A stretch of 64,000 nucleotides of DNA from Eledone cirrhosa (GCA_964016885.1 OZ024743.1:251534001-251598000); one strand, 5' to 3'; positions 26,937 through 41,822 are shown, numbered from the stretch's first letter. Program-made: numbers and translations. The notes: generated from the sequence alone by a model not told the origin.

Positions 26937-27621
26937 CATATATACACACTTATATATGTATATATATATATTCATATATATGTGTGTGTGTGTTTATATA
27001 GAAAGAGAATTATCTAACTTGTGAGCTACTAAAATTACCAGATCAATCAAAACACAATACATTATAACAACATTCTCCCAATCTACCTTGGTTTACTGCA
27101 ATTACTTTCAATATTGCGGATGTAAACATTGCTTGTGTTCGTGTGATGATTGTTTTGGGGTAGAATCTGAAGTTAATGAGAGTCCGTAATCAAGATGCTG
27201 ACATTACTCATCAATTTAGGCGTTAAAGCTAAAGCAATCTGCATAGCCACACTAATTATATTTACAAACATTATAGATTGCTTTGTATTCTTTCTGCAGA
27301 AATTTCTAAATGATTATTTGTTATCTTTTTACATAACATTGTGATAATTTTTATAAGACCACCTTAAATAATGTATGTGTGTGTGTGTGTGTGTGTGTAA
27401 ACACAAACACACACACATATTGCATCATCATTATCATTGTTTCTACATCCACTTTTCCAAGTTGGCATGAGTTGATAAGATGTCTTGAAACAATGTTTTA
27501 CAGCCAGTTGCCCTTCCTGGCACCAACTCATTTAGTCACCTCTTAAGAGATGCAGGGATTCAGTGCATCTATTTTAAAAATTGTAATGCACACAGCATAT
27601 ATATATATAAATATATATATA

Positions 27622-28430
27622 TATAGAGGGGAAAGACACAGAAGAGTATGTTTTTCTTTACAGGAATTTCAAACCACCAGCGTGAAGAGAATATAAGCTA
27701 CTAGAGACATTGGAAAAACATTAAAATTAAAAGTATAACTTAAAATGAGAAACCAACCTCATATCTAAGTCACACATGTTCAAACTCACAAGGAGAATTT
27801 TTCGCCATTTAAGTGGGTTCCAATTCGGCCCTGTGGGTCATCAGTATGTGGAAGGCTGATATTGTCTGCACTACTAGAGAGAACTAAAGTAAACTACCTT
27901 TCACACATGTAGATATAAGGGAAATATGTGTGTGCGGTCCAGGAAAACTCTTTCCTTTGAGCTCATTTAATGACAGGGTTATACGCGAGTCCTTTGCTCC
28001 ATTATTTTATTTGATATTTGCTCCTTGCGCTCTCTCTGCAGTTGAGCACCATAAATTGAACAGTATAGGCTGCCATTTCTAGCAGCTTGTACTGTTCATG
28101 CCACCGGTTACTGCCTCGTGCACGCATTTCCCTTATATCTACACGTGTGAAAGGTAGTTTACTTTAGTTCTCTCTAGTAGTTCAGACAATATCAGCCTTC
28201 CACATGCTGATGACCCACAGGGCCGAATTGAAACCCACTTAAATGGCGAAATATTCTCCTGGTGAGTTTGTACATGTGTGACTTAGATATGAGGTTGGTT
28301 TCTCATTTTAAGTTATACTTTTAATTTTAATGTTTTTCCTATGCCTCTATTAGCTTATATTCTCTTCACGCTGGTGGTTTGAAATTCCTGTAAAGAAAAA
28401 CACACTCTTCTGTGTCTTTCCCCTCTATAT
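27622..28430. mobile_element. Palindromic element with ~305-bp arms, ~195-bp spacer and mirrored HHR-like cores, in (TA)n
   Basis: 27622-27926 is the reverse complement of 28125-28430 with scattered mismatches. CTGATGA at 28207 (+) with GAAA at 28248; TCATCAG mirror at 27838-27844. Helices I and III are not convincing. Confidence 0.8.
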
Positions 28431-28434
28431 ATTG

Positions 28435-29072
28435 TATGATGAGAGCTTCAAGATAGAAAAGACTCATCAGTACTCTACCAACATGCTAAAATAGATCATA
28501 AGGGCAAATTAGAGAACATAGAAATAAAAATAAAATCTACACACAGAAAAGATGCAATGTTTAAACAAATCACAGAGGAAATAAACATATATGAACTCCA
28601 ACCAAAATTAAATAGAAAACATGAATGGAATAGCAACATCACAACTTACAATTAAGGACAAAATGAAAACACACACACACATAGAACAAACAACCAACTA
28701 GTGACATCTAAATAAACAAATAAATAAACAAATAAAAACACACACAGACACCCACACAAAAACAAGATGGCATAGGACAGAACAAAGGAGAGGCACAAAA
28801 AAAGAAAAGAATCTCCGGTCACTGATGAGGTCACAGAATGTGTGACGAAAGAACTTTGACAATATATGAACAACCATCCGGTTGTGGAACCACCTAACCA
28901 ACCGGAAATTTATAAATTTTTTAAATTTATAATTTAATTTATAATAAATTGGAGTGAAAGCAACTGGTGCATGTGTTTCTTATTGGCAACATGACCCTCC
29001 CAAAGTATAACAATATCGGTTTCAACACACGTTTTCAGATAAAGAATCTTGCTTAACAAATTCAGAAACGAA
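28435..29072 (+). mobile_element. PLE 3' remnant: GIY-YIG C-terminus followed by a pseudo-LTR with an HHR-like motif (28818-28860)
   Basis: Hand translation from ~28451: DRKDSSVLYQHAKIDHKG...DAMFKQITEEINIYELQPKLNRKHEWN. HHR-like GTCA-CTGATGA-GGTCACAGAATGTGTGAC-GAAAGAACTT-TGAC. Confidence 0.65.
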
Positions 29073-29086
29073 ATATATATATATAT

Positions 29087-31494
29087 GGGCCAAAAAGCAG
29101 GCTTGGAAAGTATGGCGGGATGGGGGAAGTAGAGAAGACTATCAAGTCGCCAGGAGGGAAGCTAGGAGACAAGTGTACTTCGCAAGAAGGGAAGCAGAGG
29201 AAAGAAAGTTCAAGCATGTTCTACAACGAGAGGACCAAAAACGTGAGGTGTTCAGGATTGCTAGGCAATGTGTCAAGGAAAACCGTGATATTGTCGGGGA
29301 GAAGTGTGTACTTAATGATGATGGCGTACTTGCCATCACCGACGCTGATAAGAAGGTAGCTTGGAAGTGTCACTACGAAAGGCTACTAAATGAGGAGAAT
29401 AAATGGGAGAAAGACAGTCTCCCCCACATCGACCCAATAGAGGGACCAGCAGTGTTAGTCGAAGGTAGTATAATAAGTAAGGGAATCAAAGATATGAAGT
29501 CGAGTAAGGCGGCTGGGCCTTCGGAAATAGTTGCTGAGATGCTGAAAGCCTCTGGAACGGTGGGACACACCATGGTCACCCGGATAGTAAACCAAGTCAT
29601 ACAGAATGGGGTTGTTCCGAAGGACTGGTGTAGTAGCATCATCATTAACTGTTATAAGGGTAAAGGAGATGCCCTAGATAGGAGTAACTATAGAGGCATT
29701 AAATTAATCGACCAGGTCATGAAGGTCACGGAAAAAGTAATAGCGCAACTAATCAGAGAGAGAATTGATCTAGATGAAATGCAGTTCGGGTTTGTGTCAG
29801 GCAAAAGTACCACAGGCGCTCTTTTCATTGTACGACAACTACAGGAGAAGTACCTAGCTAAAAGTAAACCCCTATACTTAGCTTTTGTCGATTTGGAGAA
29901 AGCCTTCGACAGAGTCCCCCGTTCCATTATCTGGTGGGCTCTTAGAAAACTAGGTGTTGACGAATGGCTTGTGAGAGCTATCCAAGCCATGTATAAAGAA
30001 ACAGTCAGCAAGGTTAGAATTAACAACGAATATAGTGAAGAGTTTAGCGTAAAAGTAGGTGTCCATCAGGGCTCTGTTCTTAGCCCCCTACTATTTATTA
30101 TTGCCCTTCAAGCTATAACAGAGGAGTTCAAGACCGGCTGCCCATGGGAACTCCTATACGCAGATGATCTAACGCTCATAGCTGAATCAATGGCCGAGCT
30201 AGAGAAGAAATTCCAAACATGGAAGCAGGCCTAGAATCAAAAGGCCTTAAAATTAACCTGGCTAAGACTAAAGTTCTAGTTTGTAGGAAAGAAAATAAGG
30301 CGCCGGTCCCTTACGGGAAATGGCTATGCTCAGTGTGTAGGAAAGGCGTAGGTAGAAACTCCATTTTATGTCCCAAATGCAAAGTATGGGTGCATAAAAG
30401 ATGTAGTGGGATCACAGGTAAGCTAACTAAGAACATAGATGTTACATGTAGCCGGTGCTCTGGTGCAATAAGTAGCAGCAAGTGCCCACAATACTAGCTC
30501 TTTCAATTGCGCAGGGGGTTCTATAGAAATAGTGGACAGCTTGCGTTACCTGGGTGACAAAATCAGCAGTGGTGGAGGGTGCTCTGAAAGTACAGTAGCT
30601 AGTCATAACTGGATGGAAAAAGTTCAGAGAACTTATACCACTATTAGCCGCTAAAGGGTTCTCCCTAAAAATGAAAGGCAGGTTGTATGATGCCTGCATA
30701 CGAACAGCAATGTTGCATGGCAGTGAGACCTGGGCATTGTGTGCAAAGGATATACGCAGACTAGAGAGGAACGAAGCTTGCATGCTCCGCTGGATGTGTA
30801 ATAGTAATATACGTGAACGGCAAAGCATAAACGAACTAAGGAAAAAATTAGAAATAAGAGGGATCAGATGTTGTTTACTCGAGGAAGGCTACGTTGGTAT
30901 GGTCACATGATGCGCATGAAAGACGACAGCTGTATAACTAAGTGCAGGGCAATAAAGATAGACGGTAGCCACGGAGTAGGCAGACCCAGAAAAACCTGGG
31001 ACGGGCTGATAAATTCCGACCTCACACACTTACACCTCTCCAAGACAATGTCACTGGACCGAGACCTTTGGCGGTTCTCAGTAATAGAGAAGACCTGCCT
31101 TACCTAAATACAAAGTTAAACCTACTACAATCAGTAGGCATCTCTAACAAAATACACCCCCGTCCCACCACCCCCACCCCATCTACACCGCCCCTTTCAA
31201 TGTAAAGTTATGTTGGTACCACAACATCCAGGCCGAAACAAATGAAATCGTGTAGGTGTCACGACAAAAAAACACACAGTCCACGCTGTAATGTGGCTGT
31301 GTAGGCAACACGGTAAAAACCTCCCAGCCCCACACTGTAAATGTGGTTGGTGTTAGGAAGGCATCCAGTTGTAGAAAACCCTCCAGACAGTCCTATGCGA
31401 GCAAGACAACCACTCTTGCCTCAAGTGGGAAAACTCCCATCCAAACCCATGCAAGCGTGGAACATGGACGTTAAACGATGATGATGATAATGAT
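29087..31494 (+). mobile_element. RTE-clade LINE, 5'-truncated and frameshifted; RT with PHD-like Cys-rich insert; (GAT)n tail
   Basis: KAAGPS, YKGKGD..DRSNYRGI, QFGF, FVDLEKAFDRV, GVHQGSVLSPLLF, LLYADD; CSVC..CPKCKVWVHKRCSG..CSRC; LRWYGHMMRM, GRPRKTW; 3' UTR ends GGACGTTAAACGATGATG. Confidence 0.95.
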
Positions 31495-31748
31495 ATATAA
31501 ATGAAAATAGAGAAATTAATGTAAGCAAAAAGCCAACAATAATTCAGACATATAAGTGACTATAACATCAAGATGAAAAATTGTTAACGTAAGATGTGGG
31601 ATAAGTAATAGAATCTTAATTCAAAACAAGTCAAGAAGAAAAACTTTATCCTCAGACTTCTTGTAAGTTGGGGAAAAAGCAGTACAATCTTAACTCAAAA
31701 TAAAATGAAGAAAAAATACTTAACCGTCAATTTGGGGAAAACTACAAA

Positions 31749-31830
31749 AGCACTATATAGTTTTAAAAGACTATTTCCCGAAACTTTTCAGTGGGGTTAG
31801 TCACGGTTGGGGTCGATCTTCAGTAGTGCT
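31749..31830 (-). ncRNA. Possible decayed hammerhead with long helix II
   Basis: Minus strand AGCACTA-CTGAAGA...AAAACTATA-TAGTGCT with a perfect 7-bp helix I; the GAAA box is mutated or displaced. Confidence 0.3.
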
Positions 31831-32019
31831 CAACACATTAACTAAATATCACTGCTAAAATGCCGGAGGGGAATTAAAAGCAGGCAAGCGAACAGCGTGT
31901 AGATTTGAAACAATAAAACACGCTAGTGATGCCGGGATGAGACGAAAATCTGTTTATATATATATACAGTATATATATATATCGTCCCACCCTTGCAAGC
32001 AGGGAAAAGCGGACGTAAA

Positions 32020-32106
<87 letters not shown>

Positions 32107-32405
32107 TTTAGTACAGCATTAAGGAAACTTTAGAATACGGCCAAGCTAGCGAATGCATAATCGGTCTGTAGCTTTAGCACTCGGATGAGGAAGAACCCCA
32201 GAGTAATAACATTACGTTCAGAGCTTAGCAAATCAGATATAGTGGTCGGCAGTCCAGCCGCATCACTATAGCAACGAAAATCAGGACCCAGGAAAAGATA
32301 TATATATATATATGTAGAGGTTATATTTAATTTGTTGGGATACAACAAGCAAAATATTTTTATAACTGATATAAAGCACTCAACAAATTATTGGAGTAAA
32401 TATAC

Positions 32406-32752
32406 AATATATTATCAAATGGAAACTATATTTATAAAACCATATTTATTTCATTATACATATTTCAAGGGCCACCAGAGCAAACTATGGTGCGTTTTCA
32501 TCAGATAAAATATAATATAGGTTAGTTTTATAAATAAATATTTACATACCCTTAAAAAATGCAACCATATCCAGGAGATTCCAACCAGAATGGTTGCATT
32601 TTTTAAGGGTATGTCAATATTTATTTATAAAACTAACCTATATTATATTTTATCTGATGAAAGCACACCATAGTTTGCTCTGGTGGCCCTTGAAATATGT
32701 ATAATGAAATAAATATGGTTTTATAAATATAGTTTCCATTTGTTAATATATT
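32406..32752. mobile_element. Palindromic HHR element (~163-bp arms, ~21-bp spacer) next to a long (TA)n
   Basis: 32406-32568 is the reverse complement of 32590-32752. Right arm ATTTTAT-CTGATGA(32654)-AAGCACACCA...TGGTGGCCCTT-GAAA-TATGTA-TAATGAAAT; mirror on the minus strand. Confidence 0.8.
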
Positions 32753-32754
32753 TT

Positions 32755-33432
<678 letters not shown>

Positions 33433-34231
33433 ATATAATTTATATATATATATATATAATTTATATATATTTATATATATATATAATTTATATATATATA
33501 TATAATTTATATATATATATATATATATAATTTATATATATATATTTAAATATATATATATATATATATATATGGTCCTGTAAATCCTGATAGTCGTAGG
33601 GACGCTGTATTGACATACAGTGTTTCTTGGGCATCTTAAGTCTGGTGGAGCCCATCTCTCTCCAGGCGTGAGTACACCAGATTTCTTTCAGAGAATGATA
33701 AAAAGTGAGAGAGAGGAAATGAGTTAGAGAGATAGAGGAAGAATTGACCCCAGTACTAAACTGGTACTTTTATTATTAACCTCGAAAGGATGTAAGGCAA
33801 AGTTGAACTTGGCTGGATTTGAACTCAGAGAGCAGAGAGCTGGAACGAATACCACAAAGTATTCTATCTGACGTTCTAACAACTCTGCCAATTCACCACC
33901 ATATATACATATAGAGAGAGAATATTTGAAACTGGATTAATCCACTCGTGTTTTATCAAGGTGTATTAAAGCTTGATGTGTTATTTACATCAAAGTAAGC
34001 AAGTCAGAATATCCAAGATGTAATCCGTGGGGTATCATGCTCATTTTTGAAGACAGTGAAAATCACAGATAAATATTCTCATAGTTGTTTGTATCCCATC
34101 ATCGATATAATTAATTAAGTGACTAATGAATTTAGTTTATTGGTATTGTAGCTCTCTTAATCAAAATATTTGTTGAAATAAATGATTTTAACTGAGTAAA
34201 GCCTTTAGTTACATCATCTGAAATTATATAT

Positions 34232-35172
34232 AATACTTGGGTGACAAAATCAGCAGTGGTGGAGGGTGCTCTGAAAGTACAGTAGCCAGAGTTAGAACGG
34301 GATGGAAAAAGTTCAGAGAGCTTATACCGCTGTTGGCCATAAAAGGTTTCTCTCTGAAAATGAAAGGCAGATTGTATGATGCCTGTATACGAACAGCAAT
34401 GTTACATGGCAGTGAGACATGGGCATTGTGTGCAGAGGGCCTGTGCAGACTGGAAAGGATTGAAGCATGCATGCTCCGTTGGATGTGTAATAATAATATA
34501 CAAGAACGACTAAACATAAATGAACTAAGTGAGAAATTAGGAATAAGAGGGATCAGATGCTGTTTACTTGAGAGGAGACTACGTTGGTATGGTCACGTGA
34601 TGCGCATGAAAGATGACAGCTGTATAAAAAATTGCAGGGCGATCAAAATTGATGGAAGTTATGGAGTAGGTAAACCCAGAAAAACCTGGGACCACTTAAT
34701 AAATTATGACACATGCAACTCTCTAAGTCAATGTCACTGGATCGAGATCTTTGGCACCATGCAGTAATATAGAAAACCCGCCTTCCCTACGTGCAAAATT
34801 AGCCTACAGTCAGTAGGCTCCTCCAAACCAAACATACACTCCAACCCACTACCCCTACTCCATCCTTCCACTCCTGCCAACACCACCGTTTCTCTATAAA
34901 GTAATGTTGGTACCACAACATCCAGTCCAAACTAATGAGGTAAAAAAAAAACAACATACAGTCCACGCTGTAATGTGGTTGTGTAGGTAACACAGTAAAA
35001 AGCTCCCAGTCCAAACTGTAAATGTGGTTGGTGTTAGAAAGGGCAGCCAGCCATAGAAAACCTGCCAGATAGCCCTATACGAGTGAGACACGGTCACCTG
35101 ACCAATCTTGCCTCAAATGGGACAATTCCCATCTAACTCATGCTAGCGTGGAAGATGGACGTTAAATGATAA
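34232..35172 (+). mobile_element. RTE LINE 3' fragment, same family as 29087-31494
   Basis: YLGDKISSGGGCSESTVARVRTGWKKFREL...LRWYGHVMRM plus homologous 3' UTR. Confidence 0.92.
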
Positions 35173-35289
35173 TGCTGATTGCAGTGAAGTGAAGTATGGG
35201 GAGGTGAGTGGTAGAAGTTAAAATAAAATAAAATACAATAAATGAGATAAAACTTCTTTAAAAATGGTATATGTTTTGTGTTTTATTGT

Positions 35290-35960
35290 TCATTTAGTTG
35301 AAGGTAGATGTGTACCCGAGAGTTAATGTTAGAATTGAAATCAGGGTCAGTATAGTTACCATGAATGATCTCATGGCTAGAGTCTCAGAGCCATGTTACT
35401 GGGTTAGTATAGGTCACTTGATAGTGAAGGCTTTCAGATTGATAATCCTTTATCAAACTAGATTATTACTGGCTTGGCAAATCTATTACTCATCAGGGTG
35501 TTTGTATAGGTGTTTCCATGTGTCCAGGTTACTCTGACCAATTATGGTAGTCAGCCACTTGCTAATAAAATGTGCATCCACTATTCGTAAGTCTATCATA
35601 TCTCTTTGCTCTGCAAGTATTTTTGTGGTTATGTTCCTTCCACAAATTTCTCAGTGTTGAAATAATGCCCTCAGAGGCATTGTCCTTTTAAAATGTTCTT
35701 GTATTTTGTTACACAGTTGGCATGTCATGGAACTGACATAATTGCAGTTCAACTCATACACTGCATGGTCTCTCAGGCATTTTGGTTTTGTATTGTTGTT
35801 GTTGTTAATTCCTGACATAGTGTATTCTCCGACAGAGCATCTCTGAAGGCAGAAGGCATCTTCTTCAATGCTCTGTATGCGGTGTTGTCTCAACATCTTT
35901 GTATGTCTTGTTACTAACTCTGTGAGGCCTGATCTTTTGATACAGTTTCTCAGACAATTT
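35290..35960 (-). mobile_element. Highly decayed PLE 3' remnant (GIY-YIG-like) with downstream HHR-like motif
   Basis: KCLRDHAVYELNC.YVSS...L..KIQEH...ALFQH*EICG...KILAEQRDMIDLRIVDAHFI resembles a PLE endonuclease. CTGATGA (35496-35490) ...AGATT/AATCT-GAAA (35435-35432). Confidence 0.5.
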
Positions 35961-37146
35961 TCTCTCTGTTTTCCTTAGTATGGCAGCTCAATGTGGACCC
36001 AGGTTTTGTCTTTGTTTTCTCATTTCCTTCTGGGTCTGTTACGGGGTCCTGCAGTGCATGATTAGGTCCTGGTGGAATCTATGGCCTTGTTTGTCTGAGA
36101 TCTTCAATGGCAGATATCTTATGAGTGATTAACATTAACCACAAGGGACAGAATGGACAACCCATGGGATTGATTAAACTTCCAGGTCCATATCTGACAT
36201 TGGTATAAGAAATGAAAATACATACAACTTGATTATGCTGTTTTCCGATTTTTATATAATTAAACTTTATTGTCTATTTTATATTCTATTACTGATTTAT
36301 TTATATATTTTTGTATACTCCTGGGGCTGACAAGGCGGCAAAGGTTCCATGAGGAGTCAAAGGTCTAAAATGTTTGGGGATCCCTGCTCTAGGGTATGTT
36401 CTACATCAAGTTCTTTAATATCTAGCCTAAAAAAATAATATCAAAGACTGAATGGGTGATGATATTATGTCTGGGAGGCTCTTATAGCTGATCAGATATG
36501 ATTGAGAAGGCAGCTGTGCACCAATACCTTAAAATAAAAGACCATATAATTATTGATGCATGTCACTCTGCAAATATGTGTGTGTGTGTGTGAGTGTGTG
36601 TGTGGACACAGGCATGAAATCCTAGGTTCAGTTCCACTGCATGAATTTTAGGTAAAGGTCATTTAAAATAACCTTGGGTTAACACAAACAGTCTGTAAGA
36701 AATTGGGTAGACAGAGACTGTTTGGAATCACATAAAATGAAATGTACTTCTTATTCAAAGGTCCAGCTTCGTCACATTGTGTCAGATTGATTAACCGTGA
36801 GAATTACAATGATAGTACATGTGTCTGTGGAATACTCAACCACTTTGACATTAAATAACTAGTTGAACATTAAGTTGATGGAACTACTAGATGTTCATCA
36901 TGGAAATCGATGGAGAATCTGTCATATATCTGAGTGTAATCACCTATATGTAAAGCTTGTGTTTGCATTATTGAACACATGGGTGTATGTATAGGTATAC
37001 ATACACATGTGTGTGTGTGTGAATGTATATGCATATATATGTGTGAGTGTGTGTATATGTATGTATGCATATGTAAGTAAGAATGTATGCATTTATATAT
37101 ATATACAGGTGCATGTGTATGTCACTATGTATTTACTTATGCATAT

Positions 37147-38853
37147 ATTAGAAGATATTATGTCAGGTCACCAGTTGGTGCTACTGGTAACATGTATCCC
37201 AGTACAACCTGTCCCATGGTCGGGTCGTTGGCGACTAAACTGGCAACCCCACCAAGGTTTCTTGGTGAGGAGGGTGACTTTGGACATCCTGCAGGACTAA
37301 AAACAAAACCTGTCAAAAGGCAAAGGAGCTCTTAAGAGTCAATGGCCATCCAAAATCACCGGGAGAGATGACCCCTTAGCCTTTGTCAAGGCAGAATTCT
37401 AGGAGAAGGAAAACTCTGATATAACACCTGCAACCCTGATGGTATCCAATGATGTTGACTTGTTCTTCTTTTTGGTAAATATCATCTTGGTGAAGAGAGT
37501 GGGACTGGCTTTGTGCAGTGCCTTTGCTCACTATAAAAGCTTCACGGCACAGGCATTGCTTTATATCTGGAGATCTCTCTGCACTTGTCGTCACATGGTA
37601 CCATGGGCCCAGCACTATGTGTCAGTAATTGTCACAAGTGTAGTGTTTGTACCAGAGCTTTCAAGTCGCTGGCTGGACTAAAAAGTCACACTCGTTCAGC
37701 GCATCAGCAGGGGTTCTCCTACATGGATATAAAGTAGTGGCCGTACTCGAAAACGAGTTGGCAGCCACCATGTATGAATATATATATATGTATGTATATG
37801 TATATGTATGAATATATATATATGTATGTATATATATATATGTGAATATATATATATGTATGTATATATATATATATGAATATATATATGTATGTATGTA
37901 TGTATATATATGTATGTATGTATGTATGTATATGTATATGTATGTATGTATGTGTATATATATATATATGTATGTATGTATATATATATATATGTATGTA
38001 TGTATATATATATATATGTATGTATGTATGTACATGTATGTGTATGTATGTACATATGTATATATGTATGTATGTATGTACAACCTGTCTCATGGCCGGG
38101 TCGTTGGCGACTAAACTGGCAACCCCACCAAGGTTTCTTGGTGAGGAGGGTGACTTTGGACATCCTGCAGGACTAAAAACAAAACCTGTCAAAGGGAAAA
38201 GGAGCTCTTAAGAGTCAATGGCCATCCTAAATCACCGGGAGAGATGACCTTTTAGCCGTTGTCAAGGCAGAATTCTAGGAGAAGGAAAACTCTGATATAA
38301 CACCTGCAACCCCGATGGTATCCAATGATGTTGACTTGTTCTTCTTTTTGGTACATATCATCTTGGTTAAGAGAGTGGGACTGGCTTTGTGCACTGCCTT
38401 TGCTCACTATAAAAGCTTCACGGCACAAGCATTGCTTTATATCTGGAGATCTCTCTGCACTTGTCGTCACATGGTACCATGGGCCTAGCAGTATGTGTCA
38501 ATAATTGTCACAAGTGTAGTGTTTGTACCAGAGCTGGCTGCACTAAAAAGTCACACTCGTTCAACGCATCGGTAGGGGTTCTCCTACATGGATATGAAGT
38601 AGTGGCCATACTCGAAAACGAGTTGGCAGCCACCATGTATGTATGTATGTATATATGTGTGTATGTATATGTGTATGTATGTAAGTATGTATGTGTGTAT
38701 ATGTATATGTATGTATGTGTGTATGTATGTATATGTGTATATGTATATGTGTGTATATATGTGTATGTGTATATATGCGTATGTGTATGTATATGTGTGT
38801 GTATATATATATATGTATGTATGTGTATGTATATATGTATATATATATGTATG

Positions 38854-38885
<32 letters not shown>

Positions 38886-38895
38886 TGTATGTGTG

Positions 38896-38927
<32 letters not shown>

Positions 38928-40848
38928 TGTATGTATGTATGTGTGTATATGTATGTATGTCTATGTATGTATGTATGTATATGTATGTATGTATATGTAT
39001 GTATGTATATATTTTTTTTTTTTTTTTTGCGCGGGGACATAGAAATAATCGGGCTGGATGCCTGATCGCGCGGTTAAACCACTTGGGGTGAAGAACCCCT
39101 AGCCCTTGTCAGGGCATTCTTCTAGGAGAAGGCATCTCAGGAAACTGGGTGAACTCCGACATAAAACCTGCGGCTCAGTAGTTACCGATGATGTTGATCT
39201 TTTCATTTCAGGTTATAGCTACTGTCGCTCAGAGAGTGGGATTGGCTCAGTGCACAGTCTTTCCTCACTTTCAAAATATTTGTCACGCACAGGCATTGCA
39301 CGAGTGCATTAATAATTATTAATGGATGGCCATACTCGATAACGAGGGGGCAGCCATCATATATATATGTATGTATGTATATATATGTATATATGTGTAT
39401 GTATGTATGTGTGTATATATATATATATGTATGTATATATATGTATATGTATGTATGTATGTATATATATGTATGTATGTATGTATGTTTATGTATGTAT
39501 ATGTGTATGTATGTATATGCGTATGTATGTATGTGTATATGTATGTATGTATATATGTATGTATGTATGTATGTATATATATATATTGGTTAAGAGAGTG
39601 GGACTGGCTTTGTGCAGTGCCTTTGCTCACTATAAAAGCTTCACGGCACAGGCATTGTTTTATATCTGGAGATCTCTCTGCACTTGTCATCACATGGTAC
39701 CATGGGCCCAGCACTATGTGTCAATAATTGTCACAAGTGTAGTGTTTGTACCAGAGTTTTCCAGTCGCTGGCTGGACTAAAAAGTCACACACGTTCAGCC
39801 CATCGGTAGGGGTTCTCCTACATGGATATAAAGTAGTGGCCGTACTCGAAAACGAGTTGGCAGCCACCATCTATGTATATATATATGTATGTATATGTAT
39901 ATGTATGTATATGTGTATATGTATATATGTATGTGTATATATGTATATGTATGTGTATATATGTATATATATGTATGTATATATGTATGTATATATGTAT
40001 GTATATGTGTATGTATGTATATGTGTATGTATGTGTATATATGTATGTATATGTGTATATATGTATGTATATATGTATATACGTGTGTATATGTGTATAT
40101 ATGTATGTATATATATATATGTATATATGTATATATGTATATATATATATGTATATATGTATGTGTATATATGTATATATGTATATGTGTATGTATATGT
40201 TTATGTATATATGTATATATATATGTATGTCAGGTCACCCGTTGGTGCTACTGGTAACATGTATCCCAGTACAACCTGTCTCATGGTCGGGTCGTTGGCG
40301 ACTAAACTGGCAACCCCACCAAGGTTTCTTGGTGAGGAGGGTGACTTTGGACATCTTGCAGGACTAAAAACAAAACCTGTCAAAGGGCAAAGGAGCTCTT
40401 AAGAGTCAATGGTCATCCAAAATCACCGGGAGAGATGACCCCTTAGCCTTTGTCAAGGCAGAATTCTAGGAGAAGGAAAACTCTGACATAACACCTGCAA
40501 CCCTCATGGTATCCAATGATGTTGAGTTCTTCTTCTTTTTGGTAAATATCATCTTGGTTAAAAGAGTGGGACTGGCTTTGTGCAGTGCCTTTGCTCACTA
40601 TAAAAGCTTCACGGCACAGGCATTGCTTTATATCTGGAGATCTCTCTGCATTTGTCGTCACATGGTACCATGGGCCCAGCACTATGTGTCAATAATTGTC
40701 ACAAGTGTAGTGTTTGTACCAGAGTTTTCAAGTCGCTGGCTGGACTAAAAAGTCACACTCGTTCAGCGCTTCGGTAGGGGTTCTCCTACATGGATATAAA
40801 GTAGTGGCCGTACTCGAAAACGAGTTGGCAGCCACCATTAGAAGATAT
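37147..40848 (+). mobile_element. Concatemer of five bipartite non-autonomous RTE-derived elements separated by long (TATG)n/(TA)n tails, flanked by a 12-bp direct repeat
   Basis: Family A (~610 bp): 37160-37770, 38077-38636, 39586-39870, 40227-40838. Shorter family B: 39029-39360. Both share CTAGGAGAAGG, GAGAGTGGGA.TGGCT and the 3' end GGCC.TACTCGA.AACGAG..GGCAGCCA.CAT. ATTAGAAGATAT at 37147-37158 and 40837-40848. Confidence 0.85.
37603..37737 (+). other. 44-codon remnant ORF with one C2H2 zinc finger (RTE ORF C-terminus)
   Basis: [44 protein letters not shown]; intact only in copy 1, disrupted by indels in the other copies. Confidence 0.6.
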
Positions 40849-40881
40849 GCATGCCTATATATATGTATGTATATATATATG

Positions 40882-40924
<43 letters not shown>

Positions 40925-40929
40925 AGCAG

Positions 40930-40975
<46 letters not shown>

Positions 40976-41033
40976 AACGAGTAGGACCCCGACGGCTGAG
41001 CTCAAGCCGTTTCGACGGCTAATTCTGGACTAA

Positions 41034-41082
<49 letters not shown>

Positions 41083-41822
41083 TGTGTGTGTGTGTATACA
41101 CATTTTGTGTATAAATATATGTGCATAAACATCTATTTCATATGTTAGAAAGTCTAGAACAATAAATATATGTAATGAAATTAAGAAATCTTTGATCTGT
41201 CTAAAAAAAAATCATGCTTGCACATACAAAACCATGGGCACACAGACACATACACAGCCACATATGTGTAAATGTCTGTATATATATACATAGAGGGAGA
41301 GGTGTGTGTGTGTATGCAAATACATAGACACATTTATGCAATCATTTCTCAAAGTGAAAAATCACCAACACCACCACATTAATCACCTCAGCCACCACCA
41401 TGTACAGTCAAGACACTTCAACTCCGACATTTCCACATTTTCCGTAACAAAACAGGACATCCCATCATAGACAGCAACATCAACCACAAGAACATAGAGA
41501 ACAAATGATCTTCTACGAAAATGGTATTATTCCATTTACTATAAATATTTGAATTTACAATGACTTTATTGATGTGGTGGGAGGAAGGGCAGAGATCCGG
41601 AATAGGAGGAGGTAGAAGAGGGACATGATAAGTATGAGAGAGGGTGCCTGCAAATGTGATTTCCATAATAATAAAACTAACAATAATAATAATATTAATG
41701 TTATTTACATAATAAATAAAGCATCATTTATGGAAAGTATTCCTTTTGTAAATTGCTGGTCAAGTATACTCCATAAATTGAATTATATATAGTTCTTTGT
41801 AGGTTGTTTTTAGTTTTATAGA

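Noticed and set aside
37160-37250. HDV-like ribozyme at the 5' end of the bipartite RTE elements
   Set aside because: P2-like CCAGT/ACTGG and a CTAA junction are present, but I could not build a convincing P1/P1.1 by eye; a descriptor search is needed.
37764-37772. Perfect Kozak GCCACCATG
   Set aside because: It arises from the element's 3' end fused to its (TATG)n tail and opens only microsatellite frames.
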